A stretch of 64,000 nucleotides of DNA from Albugo candida (taxonomy: Eukaryota), in assembly GCA_040437565.1 (NCBI GenBank), contig JBDOQK010000014.1, positions 62,001 through 126,000 on the forward strand, given 5' to 3'. Positions 34,975 to 47,561 of the stretch are shown in pieces. Each line of letters opens with the position of its first letter. Position 1 is the first letter of the stretch. The position numbers were made by a program, and so were the translations under genes. The notes under the pieces are model-generated. The model ran no database searches, was not told the DNA's origin, and saw only the letters and a program-made list of their open reading frames with translations.

Positions 34975-36551
34975 TCATTTGCTGTACCGATCCGTATAAT
35001 AATCGGTTTCCGTCTTCATTTTGGTCACGAATTTTTGCTCAAAGCGCTCGCGGTTCTCGTTAATTCTGTCAACGATGTCACTGACATCCAGTTTTTTCGT
35101 ACTTGAGATGACTTTGTAGATCCCTTGCTTGATGGCTTCTTCATATCGATTTTCTATTGAGAATGACTGGCTGATACCATCATTCGCGCTTTTATCTTGG
35201 TACGCGCCATGGATAACGACAGCTATGTGTAGCGATGCAATCATCTCCTTGCTGACCGTCCACGGAGCATCGATCAGCACGTCATCGACATACTTGCATC
35301 CCAACACGCTCAAAACTCGCTCGTGGAGATTCATAATTGGATAATTTAATCCTCGACGAGTGTTGACAAGCGAGTCGTTGTGAACACCAACTATGAGATA
35401 AGTTCCTTCCTCCTTGGCTTTCTTCATAATCTCTACATGACCAGCATGAAACATATCGTACGCTCCATCGATGTATACGACTCGGTCTGTTTTTTTCGGA
35501 TCTTGATGTCCGGCGGAAAAAAGCCGAAACATCCGATTGGTTGTTAAGAATTTGGAAGGACGTTCAATCATCATTTTCTCCGTGGACACTAGTGACATAA
35601 GTCGTCCATTGCCGTATTCTTCCCGTGTATGATGTGTTTTGTGCATTAACAACATTCGGCCCAAAATATCACTTGTTGATACGCCCTCTGTGCGAGGAAT
35701 TGTTCGGTACTTTCCCAGTTTTTGAGCTGTCTCGTAGACATCTTTCCCATCCACAATGCAAGGATCATCTCCGTGTACAACGAAATCAATTCGATGCTAC
35801 AATTTAAACCCTTTCAGCATTCTCAAGTACACGAAGAAGTCTTTTGGATACCTTTTCAATCATCCGTTTTAGATAATATTCGTTCATAATGTAGGGACAA
35901 TGTGGCTCAACCTCATCCACGAACTTGCATCCGGCGACGGAATCAATGCGTTCATCTATCGAGTACGCTTACGATCTTCTTTCATGCCTTGAAAGCCTAC
36001 GTACCATTGTTGAGGACAGGTGGTGCTCCTTTGCAAGCTGTGATAGATTCGTCATCATTCACTCCAACGACAAGATATGTTCCAAGTGCTTTTGCTTGAC
36101 GAAAAGCATTCATATGGCCGTAATGCATCATATCAAATGCGCCATCCATCCAAATTCGAACTTGACGTTTTGGATGTTTCGTGACTTCTTCTGCCTCTAG
36201 CTAATCTTGCAAATCAACCAAGGCTTTTCTGCTCGTAGATCGCATCGCACTTACATCAGCTAATTTTTCCTGAAGCTGTTGCACTTTGCCATACGCTTTT
36301 TCCAGTTCGCTCTGTAATGTCTGTCGACGTCGGCGATGACGCTTGCCGAAAAGTAAGAAATAAAAGAGTAGCGTTAGCACTCCCGTCACAAGCGCAATTG
36401 CGAGGCGTTCGGCGTCCGGATACGGTGAAGGAAATCCCATCATCCGAAGTAGCACATGAACTTGCTTCATAATCGCGTCTGCACGATCAGAGTGCAGGAT
36501 CTCATGAAAATACTGCACGATTTGCTCAGTGATTCTCTCGATCGCTATCAT
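34975..36551 (-). CDS. PCYT2: Ethanolamine-phosphate cytidylyltransferase with N-terminal TM anchor
   Basis: Two CTP_transf domains: VRIWMDGAFDMMHYGH / RTEGVSTSDILGRML and VYIDGAYDMFHAGH / NYPIMNLHERVLSVLGCKYVD; introns ~36200..36253 and ~35799..35851. Confidence 0.92.
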
Positions 36552-36934
36552 ATTGTAGGAGGTTTTTGCATGCGTTTACCGCAGCATTCCATTCCCTCTT
36601 AAAAACGATTTGGATTGACTAGTATCTGAGCGTGAAAAACCTTTGAACTTATTTCCGCANNNNNNNNNNNNNNNNNNNNNNNNNNNNNNNNNNNNNNNNN
36701 NNNNNNNNNNNNNNNNNNNNNNNNNNNNNNNNNNNNNNNNNNNNNNNNNNNNNNNNNNNTATTTCCGCAATAGGTAAAACCACTGCTAGACTGCAGGGTA
36801 GCTAGAGGAAAATAATTCACATACACACAAAACGATTGGGTATCGCGCCATGACTGCAACCCAATCGAAAGACATTTTTCAAAAACGTAGATCTCCGCAC
36901 TGGTTAAACATCGACTGCGTTTGTGTTGGCAACA

Positions 36935-37894
36935 ATGGGATTAACCGCGGAACGAAAACAAGAATATTTTGTGCGCTTGGAAAGCCTTCTGGAAACGTTT
37001 ACCAAGATCTTTTTGGTCAGTGTTGACAATGTTCGATCCAAGCAAATGCAACAAATTCGTCAGTCTTTGCGGGGACGTGCTGAGATTTTGATGGGAAAAA
37101 ACACGCTGATGCGAAAAGTGTTTGCGAATTTTCTGCGCAAAAATCCAAACCATCCTCTTGAAATGGTAGTCCCATTGATTCGAGGAAACATTGGATTTGT
37201 GTTCACCAATGATGACCTCAATGACATCCGAGCCGTACTGGAGTCCAACAGAGTCCCTGCTCCTGCACGTGTTGGCGCTATAGCTCCTGCCGACGTTGTA
37301 ATTCCTCCTGGATCAACCGGATGTGATCCTGGTCAAACCTCATTTTTCCAAGCGTTGCAAATTGCCACTAAGATTCAAAAAGGTCAAATCGAAATCGTAA
37401 GCGAGGTTTTGTTGATCAAGGAAGGCGACAAAGTGGGCAACTCTGAGGCAGTGCTGCTGCAAAAATTGAGCATCAATCCCTTTTCTTACGGTCTTGTATT
37501 GGTATCAGTGTATGACAATGGATCGGTTTTCGACCCTGCAGTGCTCGATCTTACAGAAGAAGATTTGTGTGCCAAATTCGTCGCTGGACTTCGCAATGTT
37601 GCTGCAGTTTCTCTCGAAATCGGTATTCCTACACTCGCATCAATTCCTCACTCTATTGCAAATGCCTTTAAATCACTTGTGGCGGTCGCAGTCGAGTGTG
37701 AAACGTACTCTTTTGACAAGGCTGAGCCTTTCAAAGCTTACCTTGCAGATCCTTCTGCGTTTGTAGTTGCATCGGGTGGTCCAGCTGAAGGTGGCAAAGA
37801 AGACAAAAAGGAAGAAAAGGCTGAAGCAGAAGAGGAAGAAATGGACCTTGGAGGAGGCATGGATATGTTTGGAGGGGATGATGACGATTACTAG
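36935..37894 (+). CDS. RPLP0: 60S acidic ribosomal protein P0 (uL10)
   Basis: VDNVRSKQMQQIRQSLRG, MGKNTLMRK, GNIGFVFT, APARVGAIAP, TSFFQALQIATKI, acidic C-terminus. Confidence 0.97.
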   Translation: MGLTAERKQEYFVRLESLLETFTKIFLVSVDNVRSKQMQQIRQSLRGRAEILMGKNTLMRKVFANFLRKNPNHPLEMVVPLIRGNIGFVFTNDDLNDIRAVLESNRVPAPARVGAIAPADVVIPPGSTGCDPGQTSFFQALQIATKIQKGQIEIVSEVLLIKEGDKVGNSEAVLLQKLSINPFSYGLVLVSVYDNGSVFDPAVLDLTEEDLCAKFVAGLRNVAAVSLEIGIPTLASIPHSIANAFKSLVAVAVECETYSFDKAEPFKAYLADPSAFVVASGGPAEGGKEDKKEEKAEAEEEEMDLGGGMDMFGGDDDDY

Positions 37895-38064
37895 TTTTCG
37901 CTCGAAGCTTGTAGCAGACAGATTGTTAACAAACATGTAACTGCAATATAGCGGACCAAAAGCATCGACGATCTCGTTGTGGCTTTAAAAAACTGTTCAA
38001 ACATTTAAAGTGCTCTGCCAAAGCACAAATTGTAGTTGCCTAGCTGGATAATAGATCCGTGACT

Positions 38065-39749
38065 ATGCATTCCTCAATGATTGATGAGAAGAATACGAAA
38101 GTAGAAAACAACCCAATTACACGACTGCGTGTTGACAAGCGACTCTCTTCTCATGAAACAGCGTACACCAAACGTCGAGGATGCATCTGCAAGAAGGCCG
38201 AATGTCTGAAGCTATATTGCGAATGTTTCTCAAGCGGTTCACGTTGCGGAACTCGCTGCCAGTGCTCTGGCTGTAAGAATAGAGAGGTACGTAGCATAGT
38301 TTCGAAAAAAGCTCATAAAATTTATCTCATTCAATTGTAGCACAATCGTGTGGAAATAGCTCATGCTATCCAAGTCATTGAGAAAAGATCTCAAAAGTGT
38401 CCGACTCGCTCACCCAGATCTACGTACGAGAGTAGCGTAATGTCTAACGAGGTTGGCAAGTATAAGACACCTATAAGGAATACAAGCGCAGTGTGCGCGT
38501 GCAAGGATGGAATCTGTACAAGCGAATGTCCTTGTTTAGTGATTAGTGGCGAATGTCGTACCAACTGTCCATGTTTAGGATGCCAAGCACTACAAGAGAA
38601 GAAAAAGGGATGCAGCTGCAAGAAGTCCAACTGCTTGAAACTCTATTGTGAATGTCTTGCGGCGCAAACGTATTGTGATTCTCGCTGTCACTGTGAAGGT
38701 TGCAAAAATACAGCGGTAATGCGCTTGATTTGTCGTCAACTTCCTCACATGACTTTGTGAATACTTTTTAGAGCACTGAACGGGATCGCAATCAGGCTAT
38801 CTCCTCAATATTGGAAAGAAATCCTTCTGCTTTTCGACCAAAGGTGGTCACTAATGGTAATGAGGCAAACAGCTTACATCATCTGCGAGGCTGTAATTGC
38901 CGAAAAAGCAACTGCCTTAAAAACTATTGCGAGTGTCATCAAGCTGGAGTAGCGTGCACAAACCGTTGTGCATGCCATGTAAGTGAATCATGATGCTGTT
39001 CTAGTTTAAAATCTTGCTTCACATGGAAATTTGCATAGAAATGCTTCAACACTGATGAGTTTTATTCCGCAAAGAAAATGCTTATTCTCTCAGCAGTCGC
39101 AAAGAAAGAAACGCCAGCGTGTGACTTGGTACCTGGTGGTGCTTCGAGGAGCCGGCGGCACTCTCGTCAGCTCAGTTTTGATGATTCACCAGCTTCATGT
39201 CGTGAAGAAGAGCCCTCGTCATCTCATTTGCAACGGAAACGGTCCTTTGAAGATATCTCATGTGGGAAAAATGGAACTTACACGCTCGGGAAAGCGTCCA
39301 GTGTGCCAAAAGATGCGACTACCATCTTTCTCAAAAAAATCTATGCACTAGCCTTTGGCGATCCACCAATATCCCATACGCAATGTATCTCTTCGATAAG
39401 AGATCTTACTGGATCACAGTCCGAAGATGTGAATGCAGCTGCGTCTTTGCAACATTTTTCTCAGCCATTGTTAGATGCGGTAGTTTCGCCTGATGCCAAA
39501 GTCGAGAGCAATTCTAATTCTCAGTTGGAGGTGGGAAGTAGTGCCGCAAATATCGATCAACAGGAACAAGAAGATTTTGTCGATACAGACTCGAGCCTCA
39601 TCTGCCAGGAAGGAAGTATCGACTTGATCGACCCTCCGGTAGTGGAAAAAGAAACATTAGAGGTTGCACTAACGATACAAGCTAGGACAGAACGAGCTGT
39701 TTTGCAGGCATTTTATGAGTTCGTTGGAAATCTTAGCGATGAATGCTGA
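38065..39749 (+). CDS. Tesmin/TSO1/LIN54-like CXC (CRC) domain protein, multi-exon
   Basis: [31 protein letters not shown], linker [25 protein letters not shown]; introns near 38287, 38716 and 38978. Confidence 0.88.
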
Positions 39750-39842
39750 GAGGCTCAAAATAAGAATATTGTATGCTATAAATGAAGATAATACAGTTAG
39801 TATGATACCGTCACTTATTATATCATACAAACCGTAGGCTGA

Positions 39843-41171
39843 ATGGATGTTATCATTGGTTGTGTTGGAAAACCGAGTGCTGGCAAATCGACGTTCTTTA
39901 ACGCGGTCACAGATGGGAAAGCGAAGACAGGGAATTTTCCGTTTACGACAATTGAACCGAATGAAGGCATCACGTATTTCATGAGCCAATGTCCGTGCGT
40001 TGCCAAAAATAAATCCTCCGTCTGTCAACCGCGCTATGGAAAATGCGTCCAAGGCACGCGACACATTCCAATCAAACTCCTAGACGTTGCCGGTCTTATT
40101 CCCGGTGCTTCGGAAGGTGCTGGACTCGGTAACAAATTCCTTGATGATTTGCGTCACGCAAACGTCTTAATGCATATTATCGATGTATCTGGCCGGACTA
40201 ATGAGAAAGGAGAGGTTCGAATTTCTTGCAAAGTAAATCTACGAACCGCTAAGCATTACTTCTAGGAGACAATTGGATACGACCCAATCAATGATGCCGA
40301 GTGGCTCACACGTGAGATCCATTCTTGGATTTACACAAATCTGCACAAGCGATGGAATACCATTGCTCGTCGCCATCAAGCTACCAAAAGTACCCTCCTG
40401 AAAACTTTCTTGAATCAGTTGTCTGGCTATGGGGCATCAGCATCCTTGATTGGACCGATGCTGGATCAATTGGGATACAAAGATCCATGCGATCTGTCTA
40501 CATGGAGCGATCGTGAGATTGCCGGGCTTGTGAGTCAATTTATGTCGGATCGATTTCCAACCATCTTGGTTCTTAATAAAGTCGATCACGGAGGTGAGAC
40601 CGATAAGAATATCGAGAGAATTGTAGAAAAGTATGGTAGCAATCATTGTTTTGTGTGCAGCGCGGCTGCTGAATGCTTTCTTCGCGCGGCAGTGAAACAA
40701 CGCTACATTGATTACGAGCCTGGTTCCATGTTCTTCTCGACGGCAGAAGACGAAGCCCAGACAGGGTCCACAGAATCAGGGTCGGCTTCGCTCATACCCG
40801 CCGATACAAAGATTGCAAATCGTCTAGCCAAGGTCTCTGACATGGTTTTGTTCCGTTACGGAAGCACTGGCGTGCGGGCAGCAATCAATGCTGCTGTGCA
40901 GGCATGCGACGTTGTGGTCGTGTACCCAGTTAAATCACTTAAAAAATTTTCAACGAATCCAAATGGAAAAGGAGTCTTCGGTGATGCGATTCTCATCAAA
41001 CGAGACAGTACTATCCGGGAGCTTGCTTTTCGAGTCTCGCAAAATGTTGGCTACCATTTCGCATTTGCAGAAGGCGAGGATGGACGAAAACTTGCAGAAG
41101 ATGACCCAATAGTACAGGATAAAATGATCATAAAAATCACAACTACAGGCGCTCCCACGGATCAACTGTAG
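39843..41171 (+). CDS. OBG-family GTPase, Ygr210c/archaeal YchF-like subfamily, with C-terminal TGS-like domain
   Basis: [23 protein letters not shown] insert, [23 protein letters not shown]; intron 40215..40265. Confidence 0.88.
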
Positions 41172-42229
41172 ACAATAGGAAGGCACGCAAGGCTGTCTTT
41201 ATGCAGCAGTTCATCGAATAGTTGGCAATCGAAACAATTAGATTGAGGCGTCGAAAGAATGACACCTTACCTCAATGCGGCAGTACGGCCTGCAGCTGTA
41301 CCTACGTCGTCTGACTCCCGATGTGTGTAATTTCGCATTAATAGTTTATCGGCGGTGATCTACCACCTATGTATCTGGAGGGATGTATCACTGAAGCTTG
41401 ATTCTGAGCAATCTTATATGTGATAGAGAATATTTTATCCGATATACTGAATATCTGGGTCTCATGCATGTGTTTAGCCGTGATTGATTGGTGTAACGAT
41501 GATCATAGGTGAGCGTTAAGTCCCATCCCTGCAGTAATTACTGGATTGAGTACAAACTTGCAAAATTACTATTCTTTCTTCGCATGTTTCAATCATTCCC
41601 ACTCCCCCACTACCGCTTGCGCGTTTTATATTGCCATTGCATCGCTGACGTGTAAGCTAGAATCCACAACTAGCATCTGACTGAGAGCATTTCCTTCTTT
41701 TTTGTAGATTTTCACGTAGGTCCTATTAAGGAGCATGCTTGACTTTCACCACTATCCATCCTAGTCGAGATGCTCTTTTAGCGTAAAGGTCTTAGCTCTC
41801 CTGGTGGCCGGATTTCCTTTATTAGGATTGCTTGATGCGTGCTGAAAAGGAAGGATTGATAGGGCAACATCTTACTTAGCTCAAGAAATCTTGAGTGTAG
41901 GACGAGATGGCGATGGTGCGGTTGGTCGGAGGCTTGATGATGCATTCGTACATGAAACCGCTGCGCATTCTGTCAGACATAGCCTCGATAGCGGCCTCCA
42001 TTTTGTATGGATCTTTTCCGGAGCTCCGCTGGAACTAAAAATGCAAGGCGCTGAGTGTACAAACTTACTTCAGTCGTAATGCACAACACACGGTGTGGAA
42101 CTAAAGGTAGCGTATCATTGTCATAGAGCAAATTATGCAACGTGATGCATAGATTTTACATCGCACCACTAATGCACGGAAATGGCATCCCATTACTGGA
42201 GTAAAAAACTACAGATGTGAGCTGTTGAA

Positions 42230-42406
42230 GATAAAGTCGTAGACACGCGAGTGATTGTTTTTTTTGCTGTAGAAAATGATGGCAAAAGTAACAGTTGGGA
42301 AAGAAAAATTCTGTAGTAAAATAGGTAAAATGGAAAGCGGTGATAAAAATCAGCAGGAGAAAAAGTCAAGAACAGCCGGGTGGAGAAGCAAAGGTGACAA
42401 TGGAAG
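42230..42406. repeat. Purine-rich degenerate repeat (left part of host sequence interrupted by copia and Mutator insertions)
   Basis: A/G-skewed, GAAAA(A)GTCA-like units; similar sequence resumes at 46851..46940, 47255..47346 and 52514..52790. Confidence 0.55.
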
Positions 42407-42553
42407 TGTAGATAATCTATAACCAACGACACCCAGGGAGCTTAAAATTCGAAAGCACGCATATTAGATCCTTAGTTCACTTAACAGTTAATCTAAGCCT
42501 TTACACAAACTGCTGCATCTTATCTGCACATGCATTATGTTGAATACCCAACA
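42407..42553 (-). repeat. 3' LTR of copia element
   Basis: Preceded on the minus strand by the polypurine tract (42554..42563); homologous to 46706..46850. Confidence 0.93.
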
Positions 42554-45500
42554 CTCCCCCTCAGCATACTTAAATGGATTCCACTTGACTTAATGAGGTG
42601 TTCGATTTTTTTGTCGATATTGACTTTGTCAAGAAGTCGGCTAGTTGCAGTTTCGCTGGGATGTAGTCCAATCGGATAATTCCGGATTTGATGTGCTGGC
42701 GAATGAAATGATGCCTGATGTCGATATGTTTCGCTCGACTCTGATAACCATCGTTTGTTGCATTTGCGATTGCGCTCTGATTATCCACAAAAAGTTGGAT
42801 AGGCTTGTCGAACTGTTGTTCCATTTCTCGCAATAGCTGCTTCACCCATATACTTTCTTGCACGCACACGGACATTGCCATGTATTCAGCTCCAGCTGAG
42901 CTAAGCGGAATGCTCTTTTGCAGTCGGGATTTGTATACAACTGGAGTTCCATTTATGATGACCATAATGCCTGATGTTGAACGGCGATCATCGCGACTGC
43001 CTTCCCAATTTGAATCGCTGTAGGCTTTGACCATCAATTCTTCATTTCCACCGGTAAATATCAAACCAAGTTCCGGAGCTGTCTTCAAATATCTGAGGAC
43101 TCGAATTCCTGCATTCCAGTGTGCCATACACGGGTTCTCGAAGAATCGACTTAATTCACATACCGCAAATGCTACGTCTGGTGCTCATTGTGATATAAAG
43201 TAGGGATCCAATCAACGAACGATATGGCCTGTTCTTCAGGCGTTCATCTTCACTTAATATCATTGTATAGTTTTTGACTTATGCAAGTTGGATTGTAAAC
43301 AGGAGCTGACTTTTCTTGGCCGAATTTTTCAACCATTCGTTTCATACCAGCCTTCTGTGACAAGTGCATCACTTTCATTTTGTTGTCATACGATGATTCC
43401 ATACCCAAAATGTAATTTTCCGCACTCAATCTCTTCATTGTGATGATTCGAGCAAGTAGTTTGCTTATGCCTTCTATCACATCAATTGATTTTGCTGTAA
43501 TCAACATGTCATCCACATAAAGTGCGATATACACCTATTTGTTTGTTCAGGGCGAACGAAAATACATGAGTCGGATGTGCATTGCTTGAACCCAAGCTCC
43601 AAGAAAACTTTAAAGATGGTCCTGTACCAAACTGCTGACGCTTGCTTCGATCCATATAAACTTCGTTGCAGTTTGCGCACTTGACCCGGATTTATTTTAA
43701 ATCCTGGTGGTGGCCACATGTACACGTCTTGTTCCAAATATCCATTAAGAAATGCTGTGTCCACATCATACTGGTGAATCTCGTAACCAAGTTCTACACA
43801 GACACTGAGGAATACTCTGATCGAACTAGTGCTTACAACTGGAGCATATGTTTCCTTATAGTCGACTCCAGCTGTTCGTCGAAATCCTTGCGCAACCAGT
43901 CGTGCTCTATATCTCTGAATTGCACCATGTTCGTCTCGCTTGGTTGCAAGCACCCACTTACACGAGATCACCTTTTGGTCGCATGGACGATCTGGTATTT
44001 TCCATGTCTTCTTTTCATCCAATGACTTGAACTCTGATGCTATCACAGCTTTCCACTGGACAGCTTCACCGCTTTGCAAAGCTTCCTGATATGTTGTAGG
44101 GCTTTCAATGGCTGCCTTTGCTTGCTCAGACATAAGTCGCAGTCGCTTTGACTCTCGATTGACTTTATCATGATCGAACTGATTCTCATCTGCATATGGA
44201 ATGATAGCATCGCTGAATCCTCTTGCTGGTGGTGTTCGGTGGCGACGTCGGGGAACTATGCAAGTGTCGTGATTATGAGAATACTCATCCATCTCGATTC
44301 TCCTCCTCGACACAATATTGGTTTCTAAACGTTGAATCTGAGTAGTAACTTGGCTGGGAGGTACCGGGATAAGTTCTCGACCATAATCTTCAACCACCTC
44401 CATGGAGGAACGGCCGGCAGCGCCGTGATCCAAAGGTACTAAGTGTGTGTCGGATCGTCCAGGTACCGTGAGTTGGTGATTTCGGTAAGGTTGGCCAGCT
44501 TGATCAATTTCCATAAACTGAGGTTCCTGAGACTCGACGCGCACACATGGAGTACGATGATGATCATCAAATGAGTTCCGTCTTGGAGTCATTTCAGGGC
44601 TTTGGATAACGAGTTGAACATACTTGGTCTGGTTTACTTCTGTTAGTTGAGTACTTCGGGATATCTCCACTCGCTTGTTTGATATGTTGAATACCCGATA
44701 CGCTTTCGAGTCGTCGGCATATCCCAGGAATAAGCATGAGTAGGCCTTCGCGTCTAATTTAGATCCCTTCGACTTGTCGATATGTGCGAAACCAGTAGAT
44801 CCAAAAACACGGAGATGACTGAGATCTGGCTTTTCTTTGAAACAAATTTCATCGGTGTGGAGTATGGTTGAAGACTGTTTGGAACGCGATTTGTGATATA
44901 TGCTGCGGTATTGACAGCTTCTGACCACCACTTCTTTGCCACATTCTTGTGCTCGACCATTGCACGAGCTCTTTCCATGAGCGTGCGGTTCATTCGTTCC
45001 GCCAAACCATCCTGTTGCGGTGAGAACAGGGCCGTTGTCTGATGGACTATCCCGTTTCGTCTACACTCTTCCTCGAACCGCCTGTTCACAAATTCTTTAC
45101 CGCAATCCGTACGTATACACTTGATCCTGTTGTTGGTTTGGCGTTCCATCATGTCTTTGTATTGGATAAAATAATCGAACACGTGCGATTTTGTCCGTAG
45201 AAAGTAAACTTTGACCAGTCGTGAGTAATCGTTATTAAACGTCAATGTATATCGAGAACCACCTGCTGATGTCGTTTTCATCGGCCCATGAGATCACTGT
45301 GAACTATTTGTAACACGTCCGCTGTCTTCACCCCATTGCTCTTTGCCTTGGGGAATGGTTTCACCGATGATTTTCTCTTTGCACAACCCGCGCAAACCTC
45401 ATCTTTGTCGTGAATCGAACGTTCTTTCACTTGGACCCCGGTGGAACATTCTTGCGTTTGTTTAAGTTGAGCCAATGGAAGATGACCCAAACGAGCATGC

Positions 45501-46690
45501 CATATTTCCCAGTCTTGACTGTCATCGCTGGAAGATGCCGCCGATGCCGTTTCGGTTGGTCTCCTTGGGAGTGTATGTAGCTTGTACATCTTCCCACTCC
45601 GCTTGATACGTATGATCGTCTCGGTCTCTGACTTAATATCGCACCAGTTGTTGTCGAAAGAAACATTAAGTCCACGGGCCACTTATGCGGGGATTGATAG
45701 TAGCCGTCGGCCCAATTTTGGAACGCACAACACGTCATGAATGGTGACATGTTCACCATTGCTGAGACTAACCGCTATTGAACCAGTACTAACAGCTTCG
45801 ACTGTAGTTCCATTTGCGATTGATATTTTCATTGGACTTTCCAGATCCATCAGTGCTACAAATTCTGACTAGTCATAGATCATATGACTGCTCGCACCGC
45901 TGTCCAAAAGCCAGTCATTCTTCTTTTGGCAGTAATTGCCATAAACGCATGATCGTTCCGGCTTGAACGTCCTTTTTCTTTTCTTCATTGAAAACATTCG
46001 GCTTGTCTGTGCCCACGCTTTCCACAGTTGAAAAATTTTCCATTAAACGCGCTCCTGTTGATTCGATCATTGTTCGGTTTGTCTTCGAAAACGTTTCTCT
46101 TGTTGCCTTCAGTGCAACCTCCTTTGATTCCTTTTTCTGCATACTGTCACTCTCGGCGAAGAATTTCACGTGCACTCATCAAGTCGATTCCAGGCATGTT
46201 TTCTAGGATTCGTGTGATGTGTTCATAGTCTTCAGACATACTACCCAAAAGCACCACGAGCATTTCCTGCTCATCCATCACGTCTCCGATAGACGACATG
46301 CTCATCGCTAGTTCAGCGAGCTCCATCATATGCTTCATCAAGCTGCTCCCTCTTTCCATCTTGAACTCGTGCAGCTGACGTCGCACTCGCACTCGATGGT
46401 GTAAAATTTTCCGGACAAAAAAATCCTTTAATGCATCCCAAAGCTGCCTCGTCGATGTCGTATTTCGGATCATCGGCTGGTATTGAGTGCTGAGCGTCAT
46501 CGACAAGATGGAAAAGGTCTTCAAGTCGTTCGCCCTCCAGACTGCCACCGCTGTATCGTCCTAGCTCTTGACGTTTACTGGTCCGTCGATATGTTCCAGT
46601 ATCCCCTTCCTCGCCAGTCTCATGCGCGCGTTGAACACCCAATAAAAATAGTTGTCGTCCCTGAGCACGTCATTGCTCGAATCTGCTGCG

Positions 46691-46705
46691 TTTGGGCTCA
46701 TAACC
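46691..46705 (-). promoter_or_regulatory. Primer-binding site (internal half of initiator tRNA-Met type)
   Basis: GGTTATGAGCCCAAA directly abuts the 5' LTR; same type as the Drosophila copia half-tRNA PBS. Confidence 0.8.
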
Positions 46706-46850
46706 TGTAGATAATCTGTAAACAACGACACACAGGGAGCTTAAAATTCGGAAGTACGTATATTAGGTCCTTACTTCACTTAACGTTTATTCTAAGCCTT
46801 TACAAACTACTGCATCTTATTTGCACATCCGTTATGTTGAATATCCAACA
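46706..46850 (-). repeat. 5' LTR of copia element
   Basis: TG..CA, 145 bp, followed by the PBS on the minus strand. Confidence 0.93.
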
Positions 46851-47109
46851 GGAAGTTAGAGGAAAGTAAACGGGACGAAGAAAACAGTGGGAGTTGGAAA
46901 TCTTGTAGGAAAGTCACGTATGTAGCAGGCAATAAGAAGAAAGGAATCGTTATTCAGCGCTCAACTTTTCTGTACTCAGCACTCAGCCTCCATAAAGTAA
47001 TAAGCGNNNNNNNNNNNNNNNNNNNNNNNNNNNNNNNNNNNNNNNNNNNNNNNNNNNNNNNNNNNNNNNNNNNNNNNNNNNNNNNNNNNNNNNNNNNNNN
47101 NNNNNNAAG

Positions 47110-47254
47110 TGTAGATAATTTGTAACCAACGACACCCAGGGAGCTTAAAATTCGGAAGTGCGTATATTAGGTCCTTAGTTCACTTGACAGTTCTTCTAAG
47201 CCTCTACAATATAATGCATCTTATCTGCACATCCGTTATGTTGAATATCCAGCA
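47110..47254 (-). mobile_element. Solo LTR of the same copia family
   Basis: Third LTR copy flanked by (N)AAG on the left and GGAAG on the right, with no PBS or PPT adjacent. Confidence 0.85.
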
Positions 47255-47561
47255 GGAAGATAGAGGAAAGTAAACGGGACAAGAGAAAACAGTGGGAGTT
47301 GGAAATCTTGCTGAAAAGTCACGTATGTAGCAGGCAATAAGAAGAAGGGAATCGTTATTCAGCACTCACTTTTTCTGCAATCACCATTCAGCCTCCATAA
47401 ATTGAATAGCGTAGTGCCATCTGATTAAGTAAAATAAGTATAACAGAATAAAAAAACTAAAATTACTGGAATCGTTATTCAGCCCCCAACCTCCATAAAT
47501 TAATGACAATTGTAGCCTCTGATTGGTCTGAATAGATGCAACGGAAAAAATAATAAAAATA

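Larger units (their letters stand above)
42407..46850 (-). mobile_element. Full-length, decayed Ty1/copia LTR retrotransposon
   Basis: LTRs 42407..42553 and 46706..46850 (TG..CA); 5-bp TSD GGAAG at 42402..42406 and 46851..46855; PBS GGTTATGAGCCC; PPT GAGGGGGAG. gag, knuckle (FNCGKRGHRQAEC), protease WLLDSGASSHM, WHARLGH, integrase, RT (YRARLVAQGF, YVDDML) and RNase H (KHIDIRHHFIR) in copia order, with frameshifts and stops. Confidence 0.96.

Noticed and set aside
42010-42110. C..CTN..QS..CTTHG string resembling oomycete WRKY19-like zinc-finger repeats
   Set aside because: Single, frameshifted and stop-containing; may be chance.
46940-47500. Recurring GGAATCGTTATTCAGC motif considered as a CRISPR-like array
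   Set aside because: Copies are explained by Mutator TIR sub-repeats and the duplicated junction; spacing is irregular, the context is eukaryotic and there are no cas genes.
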